From positions 1 to 48,646 of the forward strand of contig NW_021834392.1 of NCBI RefSeq assembly GCF_006345805.1: a stretch of DNA of 48,646 bases. The letters are read 5' to 3'. How positions within the stretch are numbered: the stretch's first letter is position 1; every line of letters starts with the position of its first letter. This DNA comes from Octopus sinensis. Its lineage: Eukaryota. The notes beneath the pieces are model-generated. The model searched no databases, had not been told where the DNA came from, and worked only from the letters and a program-made list of their open reading frames with translations. This document shows positions 36,232 to 48,646 of the stretch, piece after piece. Both the position numbers and the translations under genes were made by a program.

Positions 36232-37799
36232 GATAGATAATATATAGGATAGATAATAGATGATAGATATCTTATATAAATCTGTTTCTGTCTGTCTGTG
36301 TGTGTGTGCTTCTCTAGGATCTCGGGCATCCTCGTCCGATTGGTGCTCAAATTTGATATGTAGATATGACGGTAGCAGTGCGTGTATAAGTCTTGAAAAA
36401 ATTACAAAAAATCGATTCCAGGTGAGAATGCGATCGATAAAGCCGTGGAAATCGTTTTTTTCTTTGGAATAGAAAATTTCTATCTTATTCTTCTTTGCTG
36501 GTGTCTCAAATTTAGGTTAAATCAGTGTTTCTCAAGGGGAGGACTATGGGGCGGTTTTTGGACAAGTTGTTTAGAGAAAGTTTGATTTAATGTTTGACAA
36601 ACAGCACCGTCATTGGACGGGTGACGTATTGCTCTTCTATATATCTATATTGGTGTTATACATAGATGTGCATAATCATACAAACGTGCGTACGTGCCTA
36701 TATATCTAACTATCTATCTCTCTGCTGGTCTGTCTATCTACCTATCTTTCTGTCTGTCGGTGTCTCTTTATGCATGTATGTATCGCTCTGTCTGTCTGTC
36801 TGTTTATGTATATATGAATAAGTTTTCGGCTCATCCGTTCAAGATATATAAAAGCTGATCGTATCCGACGATTCCTCCAGTAGGTTCTTTAACTACTATA
36901 TATTTCAAATCCAAGTAGATGGAACTTTTTAAGAAAGTCACAGGAAAGCATGTAGGTAACAAGTAATAACTTCCACAGTTATTTACTCTGGGAAACTTCG
37001 TGTATTGAACGCCTCAAAAATCATTAAACATTTCGTTGAGCTTACACCTCGTTTGTATTTAGAACTTTCTGCACTGTCTGATTTTGCTCGCGTTTATGTA
37101 ATACTTAAATTCACTAAAATTTGGATAAAATGCTTCGAAAAGAGACAGAAAAATCTTCAGTTGTTTCCAAACAATTCCTGCTTTTGATTAAAACGGAAGA
37201 CTTCACATAGCCTGTGACTTTCTCCACGAAATTATATCCCCCACTGTAAATATAATTTCCCTTAAGCTGCAAGAATATTTTTATTAGAATTATACATATA
37301 TGTTCAAGGTTAATTAACCTGAATATATTCTCGTACATGTTCATGTGATTTCGAGTATAATATACCTTAATGAAAAATAATTGTTCAGATTGTGAAATAA
37401 TACATTACGAATATTTTTCAAAAAATCATCAATGTTTCAGTAAGCTAAACAATGAGCGTAATATGGTTCAATACCTTTGGCCATACTCGCTTGCGAGTGA
37501 CGGCAAAGCTAGACTATTCAGAAATTAGAATTTACTGTTCATTGCTAAAGTTAATATAATGCGTTGTTATTAACAATGCATTAATGAAACAATTTGTGTT
37601 GCCATTAACTTTCTTTTGAGCTTTATTTATTCATTAATTCAAACAATGTGAGAGCGGTGGGCGTGGTGGTTAATGTGTTGTAATCATGATCGCGCGATCG
37701 CGGTTTCATTTCCTGGACCGGCTGTTGATTTACGTATTTGAGCTCGGCCATCCCATCGACACCTGGTCTGTGGTACACTGTGTACCTATACAGGCAACA

Positions 37800-38170
37800 G
37801 AGGCACAACGGCCCAGTGGTTAGGGCAGCGGATTCACGGTCGTAGGATCGCGGTTTCAAGTCCCAGAGCGGGCGTCGTGTGTGTTATGAGCGAAAACACC
37901 TAAAGTTCCACGAGGTTGCGGCAAGGAGGTGGGGTGGTGAACCCTGCTGTACTCTTTCACCACAACTTTCTCTCTTTCTTTCTGTTTCTGTTCTACCTGT
38001 ATTTCAAAGGGGCCAGCCTTGTCCCACTCTGTTTCACACTGACTCTCCCCAGAAAACTACGTTAAGGGCATACGTGTATGTGGAGTGCTCAGCCACTTGC
38101 ACGTTAATTTCACGAGCAGGCTGTTCCGTTGGTCGGATCAACTGGGACCCTCGTCGTGGTAACCGACGGA
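37800..38170 (+). mobile_element. SINE family C, full length (preceded by a related head at ~37655-37760)
   Basis: ggcccagtggttagggcagcgg head; ggatcaactgggaccctcgtcgtggtaaccgacggagt tail. Confidence 0.88.
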
Positions 38171-38189
38171 GTTCCACAGGTAACGTCGA

Positions 38190-39145
38190 CTTGCTGGAGG
38201 AAATGAGCTCATGTGCAGCACAACCATTTGATCACTATCAACAAATCACCTGTCCAGGTGGTTCAGCAACAATTGGTGGAACGATCTTTCAATGTGAAAG
38301 ATCAAACACTGAATGTTTTAATTATTGAGAGGATTACAACGTCAGATGTCTACGTAGGATTCCGTATTCAACATTATAGCAGTATTGGCTTCCGTCCTCT
38401 ACTTGATTTACCCATCAAATCTACCTAAAGGTAGGGATGGTATCAAAACAATGTCTTTTCAGGTAGCTGCCTGGAGACATCCGTTCGTCCACAACGGATC
38501 ACTTCATTGGGTTTGTGATACAGCCGGGGACATAAAAAAATCGAATTCACCTGTATCGAGAACAAATGTAGCGAAACATAAGGTCGAGCAATCCATATCA
38601 TAAAATCCCGAAAACTATTAATGGGTGCACAGAATCAGTAACCACTTTTCCCCAGGGACCAAACAAGATTTTTTCCCAAAATCTCTTTCCTGAAGCTGTC
38701 ACACTTCAGCGAGAATTTAATCGCTGACGTCCTGAAGGTACGGGCACAGTAAATACATTTGGCCTTCTCAGAGCCTTCAGATCAAAAGATTTGTCGAAGA
38801 TATCGACAAAAGTCTATATGCACGTTGGAAAACTGCTGAATTGCAATACAAACGTGAGTCAACATAATTACATTGTATATGAGATCCAGTGTGCCAGATG
38901 CGGAGTATGTCACATAGGTATTACGACCTGGCCACCACACATCCAATTCAAAACGGCTTCTTAACACAAACACGTCACCTTTCAAAAAATATTTAAAAAT
39001 TAAAAAAAAACAAATCTCGCAAAAATGTAGAAAATTGAATAAAGATATCACTGATACTACTCAATTTATAGATCGCAATATCGGCAGCCAGCTTATGAAA
39101 GAAACTATTCTGATTAGAAAATAGATAAATCAACAATTAACAGTT
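38190..39145 (+). mobile_element. Penelope-like element relic (RT thumb plus GIY-YIG)
   Basis: LNCNTNVSQHNYIVYEIQCARCGVCHIGIT (38815-38925, GIY-YIG with Cys pair); CLRRIPYS upstream; MKETILIRK at ~39095-39120. Confidence 0.6.
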
Positions 39146-40114
39146 AGTGAGAATGAAATGAGAGTTAATAGATACAATGATTGCGATGACTCATAATACT
39201 TGACCCAGTTCTATTTCGAACACGAGGAAAACCTCAATGAGAGATGTTGGGAAACAAATTGTATTCGTACATCGTTAGATATTTGGTTACGCTATTACCA
39301 CGCACAGTGAATCAAGAGGACAAGAAAATAAAGAGCGTTCTAAATGCCCCTAACCTCTTTCAAAACTTTGAAAAGGTGTTTGCAACTCGAAATATCAAGA
39401 CAAATGTCGATACCTATGTAATCATTCTTTCCTATATTTTAAAGTTCTATATTAAAGTTCTATGTTCATACGCAAAAGCATCTTTGTGTATGCATGTGTG
39501 TATATGTGAGTGTGTGTATAAGCATGCATGAGTATATTTGTATATACACACACACACGTACATATCTATTTCTAATGTCCCTGCCGTAAGGCTTTACTTC
39601 CACACAAGCCAGCTTAATTTAATTCGTCCTTAGTCGAAAGACACCTGTTGTTATGTCCTGTTATTTGTATTTGTGTAATATTCTCCGTTTTTTTTCGTCC
39701 CTGTTTTCGTATACATTCGCTGCTTTCTTCCAAGGAATCTAATGCTCTTAGTTTGTTTTTTCTTGGGGCTGGCCAGATTGGAGCAGATTGTAAAGATAAT
39801 CTGGAAGTAGCTCCATTTCATTTAGTACTATAGTCAAAGTATAAGATTAATAACTGTTTTATTTGAATATGTCAATCAAACGGTAAGTACATCCCTATAT
39901 TCGTCCAAATGGTTTCACAGTATTTACTTACAAGTTTCCGCTCATTTAAAATTCATAAATACCAGTTGATACACAGCAAACACAATGGTTCTTGGTTCAA
40001 TAACTTTTGCCCAGCACGCATGTACACACACACACATTGTGAAGATATAGATATATACATATATATGTTTATCTGATTATATGCATATATACATCTCTCT
40101 CTCTCTTTCTCTCA

Positions 40115-40174
<60 letters not shown>

Positions 40175-40285
40175 CATGTATGTATAAATATGTGTGTGTG
40201 TCTTATATATTCATATATACAGAGAAGCACACACACATTTAGGTACTTTTATTTATGTGTATGTATATATATATAAATATATATA

Positions 40286-40350
<65 letters not shown>

Positions 40351-40574
40351 AATATATATATTATATATGCTATATATATATATATATATTGTGTGTGTGT
40401 GTGTATGTGTGTATATGTAAGTGTTGTGTGAGTGTGTATTTATTGCTAATATAATCATTGATGTATGTATAAATCTATTAATTTTAGGCACTCATATATA
40501 TATACCTACATACATACATACAAATATATTTACATATATGCATGTAAATCTACACAACACGCGAACATATATAT

Positions 40575-40614
<40 letters not shown>

Positions 40615-41838
40615 TATACATTATCTATTTATTCATATGCCCATATTTATATGTTAAATAAGAAGACATACATGCGTATATACGTAAATATAGATGTTTT
40701 GTAAAGAATGTGTGTGTGTGTGTGTGTGTGTGTGTCTGCTTCAGCGTTTGTATCTGTAGGTACACATGTCTGTATTCCTACGTGTCCGACCTAAACCGAT
40801 ACACTATAAAGATACATAAAGAAAGTGCCATGTAATGTTATTACGAATGAAAAGATATATATATAAGAGGAGTAAGAAAACGAAATAAAAGCAATTAGAA
40901 AAATCAGAAAGGAAAGAAAAAACAACACAAAAATATAAAGAAACACGAAACGAAATAACCTCCGCAACTTTTACAATACAAATCAAATGAAAATTACAAT
41001 AAAAACATAGAAAATAAAACAATTACAAGGAAACCAATACAAACCAAAGAAAAAAAATGAAATAAGAACAAAATAAAAAAAAATATGAAAAGAATGGAAA
41101 AAGAGTAAAAAAAAAAAGTACAGATGGTAGGCAATCGATATTTCATCTCCAGCTTGATTGCGAATATTTGTTAGCTTCTAACACGTCCTAATTAGACTGG
41201 CCTTGATCGCGGCGTAAAAATCGATCCACGCATTTCGAAACCTAATCATTTTTCAGCGGCCATCTTAGAAAATGTTTAGACTGGAAAAGTTTTTAGTACA
41301 TTTTGTAAGTGTTACGTAGATTGCAATGCTGTACACACACACATACACACACACACACTCATACACACACAAACACACATGCACACACACACTCACACAC
41401 ACACAAAATACGCACACATACAGAAGCGCACACGCACACGTACTCGAAACGTGCACACACACACATGCATGTTTGGTTGCGTTGCTAAGTATATATATAT
41501 ATTATATATATATATATATATACATACATATATACATAAATGGCGGTGCCCCAGCACTAGAATCAATCAAATCATACACACACAAACAATATATATATAG
41601 ATGTATATATTATTTATATTTATGTTTAGTTACATATGTTTAAATATACATATATATATTATATATACATATATATATATATACCTGTATATATATATAC
41701 GTATAGATGTATGTAGATATACGTATGTTATAGATGCATATATACATACGTATATCTGCATACAACTATACGTATATATATATATATATATAATATATAT
41801 ATATAGGCATATATATATGTATATATATATAAATTTAC

Positions 41839-41872
<34 letters not shown>

Positions 41873-42142
41873 GTATATATATACAACTGAAAACGAAGAG
41901 GAGAGTGGAGATTTATTCACATCCAAAACCTTTTATCAAACAATATCTTCTAAAGCATTTATACAACAGTGACCGACATATGTTTCTATTCCATCAACCA
42001 TCGACTGCACATTGCTCCGTGTGCCATTATGTATCCTAGTTACTGCAACTTCACCAATTGTCCATCACTTACGACCTTTTCAAAGTGAACTAATTCAAAC
42101 ATACAAGCATACACACACACACACTCATACACTCATGCGTTT

Positions 42143-42184
<42 letters not shown>

Positions 42185-42582
42185 ACACACACACACAATT
42201 TTAAATTTATACAAGAGACAGTAGCACTCAATACTTGGCTAGTACAGGTGAATATAATGCGATACCATTCAACAAGTAATATAGCTACGGTCTGTTTCGT
42301 GAATCTAACGAGTTATTGCATAACGCACCCGCTTAATCGACCGGTTTGTCTATGCCATATCCTTTTTCCGAACAAACAGTGAAGACTTGTGAGTGTAGAA
42401 ACATGTGACCTAAATAACTATATCATGAGGGTTATTGCGTACGGCGCAGAACACAGTGTACGCGTAGAGCTTAACTCTCTTATAAATGCATATACAGCTC
42501 CATAACCTCTCTCTCTCTCTCTCTCACTCTTTCTCTCTTTCTCTCTCTGTCCAACTATCATTACATCAATCTGTTTAGCCAT

Positions 42583-42716
<134 letters not shown>

Positions 42717-42926
42717 GACTATCGATCGCTGGATCTGTCTGTCTGTCTGTTCGCACATGTGTCTGTCTGTATATCTGGATAGCTGTGTGACTACCCGTAT
42801 CTCATCAACAAATATTATTATTTATATATATATATAGTTTTTATGTATGTATATCTATATATATGCGTGTATATGTATATATATATATATATATATTATA
42901 ATATATATATATATATATATATATGA

Positions 42927-42960
<34 letters not shown>

Positions 42961-43525
42961 TTATATATTATAATGCATATATATTATATATATAATATGC
43001 ATATATATATATAGATATGCATATATATATTATATATTATATTATATGCATATATATATATATATATATATGCATATATTATATATATGCATATATATAT
43101 ATATATATAGATGCATATAATATATATGCATATATCTATATATATATCTATATATATATATATATATAGCATATATATATATATATATATATATAATATG
43201 CATATATATATATATGCATATATATATATTATATATGCATATATATATATATCTATATATAATGCATATATATATATATATGCATATATATATATATATA
43301 TATATATATGCATATATCATACACACACCATATTATTTATATATATTGCTTTCGCAGCCACATGCTTATGATGGAGTTATGTTGGATTGTTGGTATGCCT
43401 GTTTTTGTATATGTGGAATAGTAACATAACAAATCGTTTTGATATATTTATGTATATAAATATATATACATACATACATGCATGCATATATATGTGTATA
43501 TATATATATATATGTACACAAGCAT

Positions 43526-43660
43526 ACACCGGCTTCTTTCACTTTCCGTCTACTATATCCACTCACAAGGTTTTGGTTGGCTCAACGCTACAGTAGAAAC
43601 ACTTGCCCTAGGTGCCATGCAGTGGGACCGAACCGTGAACCATGTGTTTGGTAAGCAAGC
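43526..43660 (-). mobile_element. SINE family A, 5' part
   Basis: cttctttcactttccgtctactatatccactcacaagg...gtgggaccgaacc. Confidence 0.8.
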
Positions 43661-43798
43661 TAACAATTTAACCTTTCACAAGAGAATTACTCCAATTTTT
43701 TTTTTGAGGACATCGTACTTAGACTTTACTAAAGGACGGGTGATAGTGACTTCGAAGTTTTCGGCCAGCTATCCTTCGTTTGGTTACTATGCATATAT

Positions 43799-44280
43799 AA
43801 CCATCCATCCATCCATCCATCCATCCATCCAACTATCTACCGATCCAACGTTTCATCGATCGATCCATCGATCTATCGATCCATTCATCTATCGACCAAT
43901 CTATCGATCAATCACCCATTCATTCATCGATCCATCCATCAGTCCATCCATCGAGCATCTATCGACCTATCCACTCATCGATCCATTGATCCATCCATCC
44001 ATCCATCCATCCATCCATCCGTCCGTCCGTCTGTCCGTCCGTCCGTCCGTCTGTCCGTCCGTCCGTCCGTCCGTTTATGCATCTATGCTTCAGTTTGTCA
44101 CGCCGTCCATCCATCCATCAATCCATCCATCCTAGTTGATTAAATAAACAGATCCTGAGAGTGATAGCTAGATAGAAAGTTGGTTAAATATATAGAAATA
44201 TTGATAGATAGATAGATAGACAGACAAATAAATAGATATACAGATAGATTGAGAGAGGCGAGTCAGATAGATAGATAGAG

Positions 44281-44343
<63 letters not shown>

Positions 44344-44600
44344 CAGATGTGGTTAGATAGATAGATAGATGGATGGTTAGATAGATAGATACGTAGGTAA
44401 ACAGAGCGAAAGATAGATAGATAGATGATGGATGGATGGATATATAGACTGGTAGGTAGAAAGATAGATAGATACATAGACAGAAGGATGGTTAGATAGA
44501 TAGATCGATCGATAGATAGATAGACAGATGGATGGTTAGATAGATATATATATAGATAGATAGTTAGATATAGATAGATAGATAGATAAATAGATAGGTA
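43799..44600. repeat. (ATCC)/(GTCC)/(ATCG) block followed by (GATA)/(GATG) block
   Basis: Direct reading. Confidence 0.9.
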
Positions 44601-45151
44601 GTTAGGCAGGTAAATAGAGCGGTAGATAGATATTTTGAAAAGTAACGTATAAAAGTCACACAATATTAGAGCTTCTGTGTCAGCAATCGTAACCTCAAGC
44701 TTATAAATGAAGAGACATCATACACTTTCATAGATAAAGTATTTCTTAGGCTCAGACAGATGGAAATTTAAAGAAACATGGGTGATACACACACACACAC
44801 ACACACAAACCCACACACGCACATACACACACATACACATACACACAACCCCTATATATACATATATATATATCTTTACACACACATATATATATATATG
44901 CATATACATATATATATATATATACACGCACACACGCACCTGTAATTTGTGCTAAATATTGCATTTGTATGTACACAATGCATACAATGCATACAATTGC
45001 ATAATCATAAAGTTAAATGCATGTGCATATGTTTGCACGTATGTATATGCATACAGATGTGTGCATGAGTGTATATATATATATATCTATGTGTGTGTGT
45101 TTGTGTGTATATATATATATATATATGTATTTATATGTGTGTTTGTGTATG

Positions 45152-45196
<45 letters not shown>

Positions 45197-45890
45197 GTGT
45201 GTATATATCCATTTATCAGTGCATGCTGTCGATGTATGTTGCATGTGCATGCGTATATATGTGAGAATGCATGATACACAGTTGCGTTATATCACCAACG
45301 AAAGCCATACACCCTCGGCTTATCTGAGGCATTAAGATTAGCGAAACGTTTAACATAAGCATTGCACAGGCTTTAACAATTTGCCTACAGTGAGATAACT
45401 GTGACAGCCAGACAGACATGGCTGAAAGACGGGAAGAGAGAGGAAGAGGAAGAGCGAAGAGCGAAGAGCGAAAGGGGAGATGGAGAGAGTAGAGGAAAGA
45501 TGGAAATGGTGTCAGGTGGTAGGAAAGAGAGAGAGAGAGAGGTGGAATTAAAAGAAAATAAGAGATAATAATGAAAAAAAAAAAAAAAAGAGAATGAAAT
45601 TAAATGAAGAGAAAACAAAAAAAAGGCAAACAGTAGACAAATGTTTACAAATTCGATGCCGGGAAAAAAATAAGAAAAGAAGAGAGAATTCAGGAAGAAG
45701 GGAAAGAAACAAAAAATGAAAGAAAAAAAAATATACGCACACAAAGGAATAAGCGAAGGAAGAAAATATTATGTAAATCATTAAAATAAATAGAAAGAAA
45801 GAGGGTGGAAAAGCGGGGTGGGAGACGGAGGGTGGGAAAAGAATTGAATGGAATAAAAGTTTAAAAAGAAAACAAAGCTTCGTATATGCT

Positions 45891-45946
45891 GTTTCCATAG
45901 TAACCATGGTTACAGCGTCTCCATATTTGAGACGTTTACATAAACA
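45891..45946. promoter_or_regulatory. Overlapping RFX X-boxes plus a forkhead-type site
   Basis: GTTTCCATAGTAAC (45891-45904) fits GTHNYY-AT-RRNAAC exactly; overlapping palindrome GTAACCATGGTTAC (45900-45913); ATAAACA at 45940-45946. Confidence 0.4.
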
Positions 45947-46086
45947 ACGGAAGATGAGGATGGTTTTACTTGCGAAAAATATATGCGCATTATGTACATT
46001 GTTGCTTATGTACTTACAGGGCAAATCTCGAAGACGGCCACAAGGAATGGGAAAGAATTCTTCAAGTTTATAATGTCTAAATTATT

Positions 46087-46398
46087 TGATGGCCCAGGGG
46101 TTAGGGCAGCAGACCACGCGGTCGGAGGATCGCAGTTTCGATTCCCAGACCGGGCGTTGTGTGTGTTTATTGAGCGAAAACGCCTAAAAGCTCCACGAGG
46201 CTCCGGCAGTGGGTGGTGGCGACCCCTGTTGTACTCTTTTGCTCGAACTTTCTCTTACCCTTTCTTCATGTTTCTTGAGTAACGCTGCGATGGACTGGCG
46301 TTCCATCCAGCTGGTGGGAACCCATACGCCACAGAAACTGGGAAATCAGGCCCTTGAGCCTAGCTAGGCTTGAGAAGGACGCATAAATAAATAAAAAA
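46087..46398 (+). mobile_element. SINE family C head with the alternative tail also seen at 5322-5440
   Basis: tggcccaggggttagggcagcag head; gtaacgctgcgatggactggcg...ccagctgg...gcctagctaggc...aaataaataaaa tail. Confidence 0.85.
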
Positions 46399-46698
46399 AT
46401 ATTTGACACCAACTGAAGTCGTTCTGTTTATTTGTGCTGCGTTTGTCTCATAATGGTTGCAAAATTTGGCAAAAACGAGGAATCCTGCGACAGACCGGCG
46501 CTCTTTTCAGGTGGGGAATATATAAGGCATGGAAACCGGCCCTTATGAGTCGGTGTGATTCGAGAAAGTAACTTTAAAAAAAAACTTTTCTCGATAAGAT
46601 ATGCATTTCTCTCATAATACTTAACGTAACAGTTTTCTGAAGGTTAATTCCCCACCTTAATCGTCATTTCTTTCCTCTTTTTCACAGCAAAGAAATAT

Positions 46699-47053
46699 CT
46701 AAGAACGCTCGTCAGTCCGCCTCATGGTTGCAGCGGACAAAATGCAAAAGGCGTTGCCCCGGAGTATAGCGAAGGAGATGCGCTGAAACAGTTGTTCTGA
46801 CTTACAGTCCTCGCACTTGCAGATAGCCATCTCCGCCCCGATAACCGCGAGCTGGTATGTGGTCGCGGAGTCGAGAACGCCGGATGTTGCCACTGTCACC
46901 TACACGACCACATACCTGTCAAAGAGCGATCGATACTTTGACAGTTTACCCTTCTCGGCTTGGTGAGTAGCGGTGCCTGGGCTGGTTCCTGAACACACCA
47001 AATAGCCGCTAGAGAAGGTATCACAGTATGTAGAATTACAGATGAAGGGCATT

Positions 47054-47054
<1 letters not shown>
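46699..47054 (-). mobile_element. CRE-clade non-LTR retrotransposon, RLE endonuclease C-terminus (5'-truncated)
   Basis: One frame with one stop: GMPFICNSTYCDTFSSGYL...AEKGKLSKYRSL...V*VTVATSGVL...LFQRISFAILRGNAFCIL, matching the CRE motifs DT.A.SY, AE..K..KY, ETxG and QRISxAIxRGNA. Confidence 0.8.
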
Positions 47055-47103
<49 letters not shown>

Positions 47104-47899
47104 ATACACAGACAGCTATGGACGGGTTCCCAAACACAGCAATACACGCGTACACACATATACTTTGCACAGGTACTATAATGTACACCACATTCTTTAT
47201 TACGTTGTACAAGTCTTAGCCGACGCTTAAGTAATTAATTAAATACATTTGACAAATATAAACAAATACTTTCACCATCTCTTCGTGCGCAGAACCGTGA
47301 GACAAATCTCGATCGGTTTACTTTCTATTTAGGAGAACTTTTCACGGACCGCATATCCATCGATTATCTCTCGGTAGAGGCACTTTAACAACTGAATATA
47401 GAGCATGTCACATTGCAAAATTCCTTTAAGCGTAGTCAAGTGTTTACCATTTGCAGGATATTACTGGTAAGCTAAACAACAGCTGGGAAGTGACGTGCTG
47501 GTATGGATGGGAAAGCATGGCCCGTACTGAAGCAGATCGCCCGAACACAAAGTATGTAGTTCAACTCGCCAGTGACACTTGCTGTCGCCCTGAAAACCGT
47601 CCTCAACTGATACAAGAATAAGATGGATTGAGTTAAAAACGTCCGAGGAAGCTGGACCAGACGATGATGGTTTAACAAGTATATTAGTTTAAACATAATT
47701 TTATGTTTCGCTGAGTATGTTGCGAACAAAGATTACATTTATAAAACCACAATGCCGTCCATGCAGTTTTTCAAACAATTATTCACACCATAGACGGTAC
47801 AAAAGATGATCAGTGTGTCACGTGATCGTTAAATTCAGCTTTAATTTACTGTGCATCAGTGAATCTGAAGAGGACATTTTGAATTACCTGAGAAAGATT

Positions 47900-48290
47900 T
47901 TGAGAAGATTGGTGGAAGGTCGAAATTAAATAGCTTTTCTTCTTTCGGAAAAGGTTGTTGCACGAAATAATGTGGAATTCCATTGTGCGACAGAAGTTTT
48001 AAAATCTTCAAATGTTTCCTGAACGCTTCACATTGCCCTTTGCATTGTCTATACATTGTCTTTTAAATACCAAATACATTTCGAAAGTGTAGTGTTATTT
48101 TTCAAGCGTCGATTCGGAATGAGATATATTGTGAGTACAGAGAAATTTTGAAAGAATTTATTGAGGTCTTATGCAGTCTACTTGATGTTTTCTTGGTGAG
48201 AATGAGAGACATATACAAGAAGTGTATATCTTCAGGGATAAAGCTTTATATACATCAATTGCATGCAGTTCATTGTACGTTGTTCGACGG
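47900..48290 (-). mobile_element. Penelope-like element relic (GIY-YIG C-terminus)
   Basis: Across frameshifts: DVYKA, NSFK...SFR, NNTTLSKCIWYLKDN (48096->48055) and FCRTMEFHII. Confidence 0.5.
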
Positions 48291-48646
48291 TTACATCAAG
48301 AGTATTGTGAACAATTGAAACGCCGTGATCATAATTTACACAACTCACAAACTTAGTTAATAGTAAGGAATTCTTAATCCAAACAGATGGGTGACAACAC
48401 AACCGAAACATCGATCTGACGAAAGACGTACTTGTTTAGCGATTTCATTGGAAGATTTTCTCCCAAATCTGAAAAATATTCTGGACTGTTAATACATCTA
48501 GTTGATACACACACAGACACACGGACACAACACACGCACACACACATAAATATAAACCCATAACACACACACACACACACATACCACCACATATATATAT
48601 ATATATATATACGCATGTCAGTGTGGGTATAAGTATATATATATAT

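Noticed and set aside
36932-37223. 13-bp perfect inverted repeat (agaaagtcacagg) as MITE TIRs
   Set aside because: Expected by chance at about this frequency, with no TSD or second copy.
39235-39270. Hammerhead-like ctcaatgag...gaaac after the second Penelope relic; also ctgatga at ~4695 and ~33076
   Set aside because: No closable stem II followed by GAAA; too degenerate.
42360-42394. Possible 9-nt microexon (aaacag|TGAAGACTT|gtgagt)
   Set aside because: Such short splice-site pairs occur by chance and there is no host gene context.

Overview
AT-rich, repeat-saturated eukaryotic DNA that looks like cephalopod (Octopus-type) intronic or intergenic sequence. The organism is inferred from the very high microsatellite load and the tRNA-derived SINE families. 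No host protein-coding gene can be confidently supported, and most ORFs in the supplied track are translations of microsatellites or SINEs. Recognisable content: (i) three SINE families (my labels A, B, C) in about 30 copies; (ii) 3' relics of five non-LTR clades (CR1/L2-type, RTE with three C2H2 fingers in two copies, Tx1/L1-type, R4/Dong-type, CRE-type), three Penelope-like relics, a mariner end, a Helentron-like non-autonomous element and a weak hAT relic; (iii) a U6 snRNA retrocopy. The most interesting observations link these elements. A Tx1-like LINE sits inside a (TATC)n array with an apparent 18-19 bp target-site duplication. Its last 38 nt match the tail of one SINE-B subfamily. The U6 copy is fused to the SINE-A/CR1-type 3' tail. 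A Penelope relic ends in a degenerate hammerhead-like motif. A few unique islands (a GC3-rich possible exon, an RFX/FOX motif module) may belong to a host gene. All family assignments come from manual translation and remembered motifs, not database searches.
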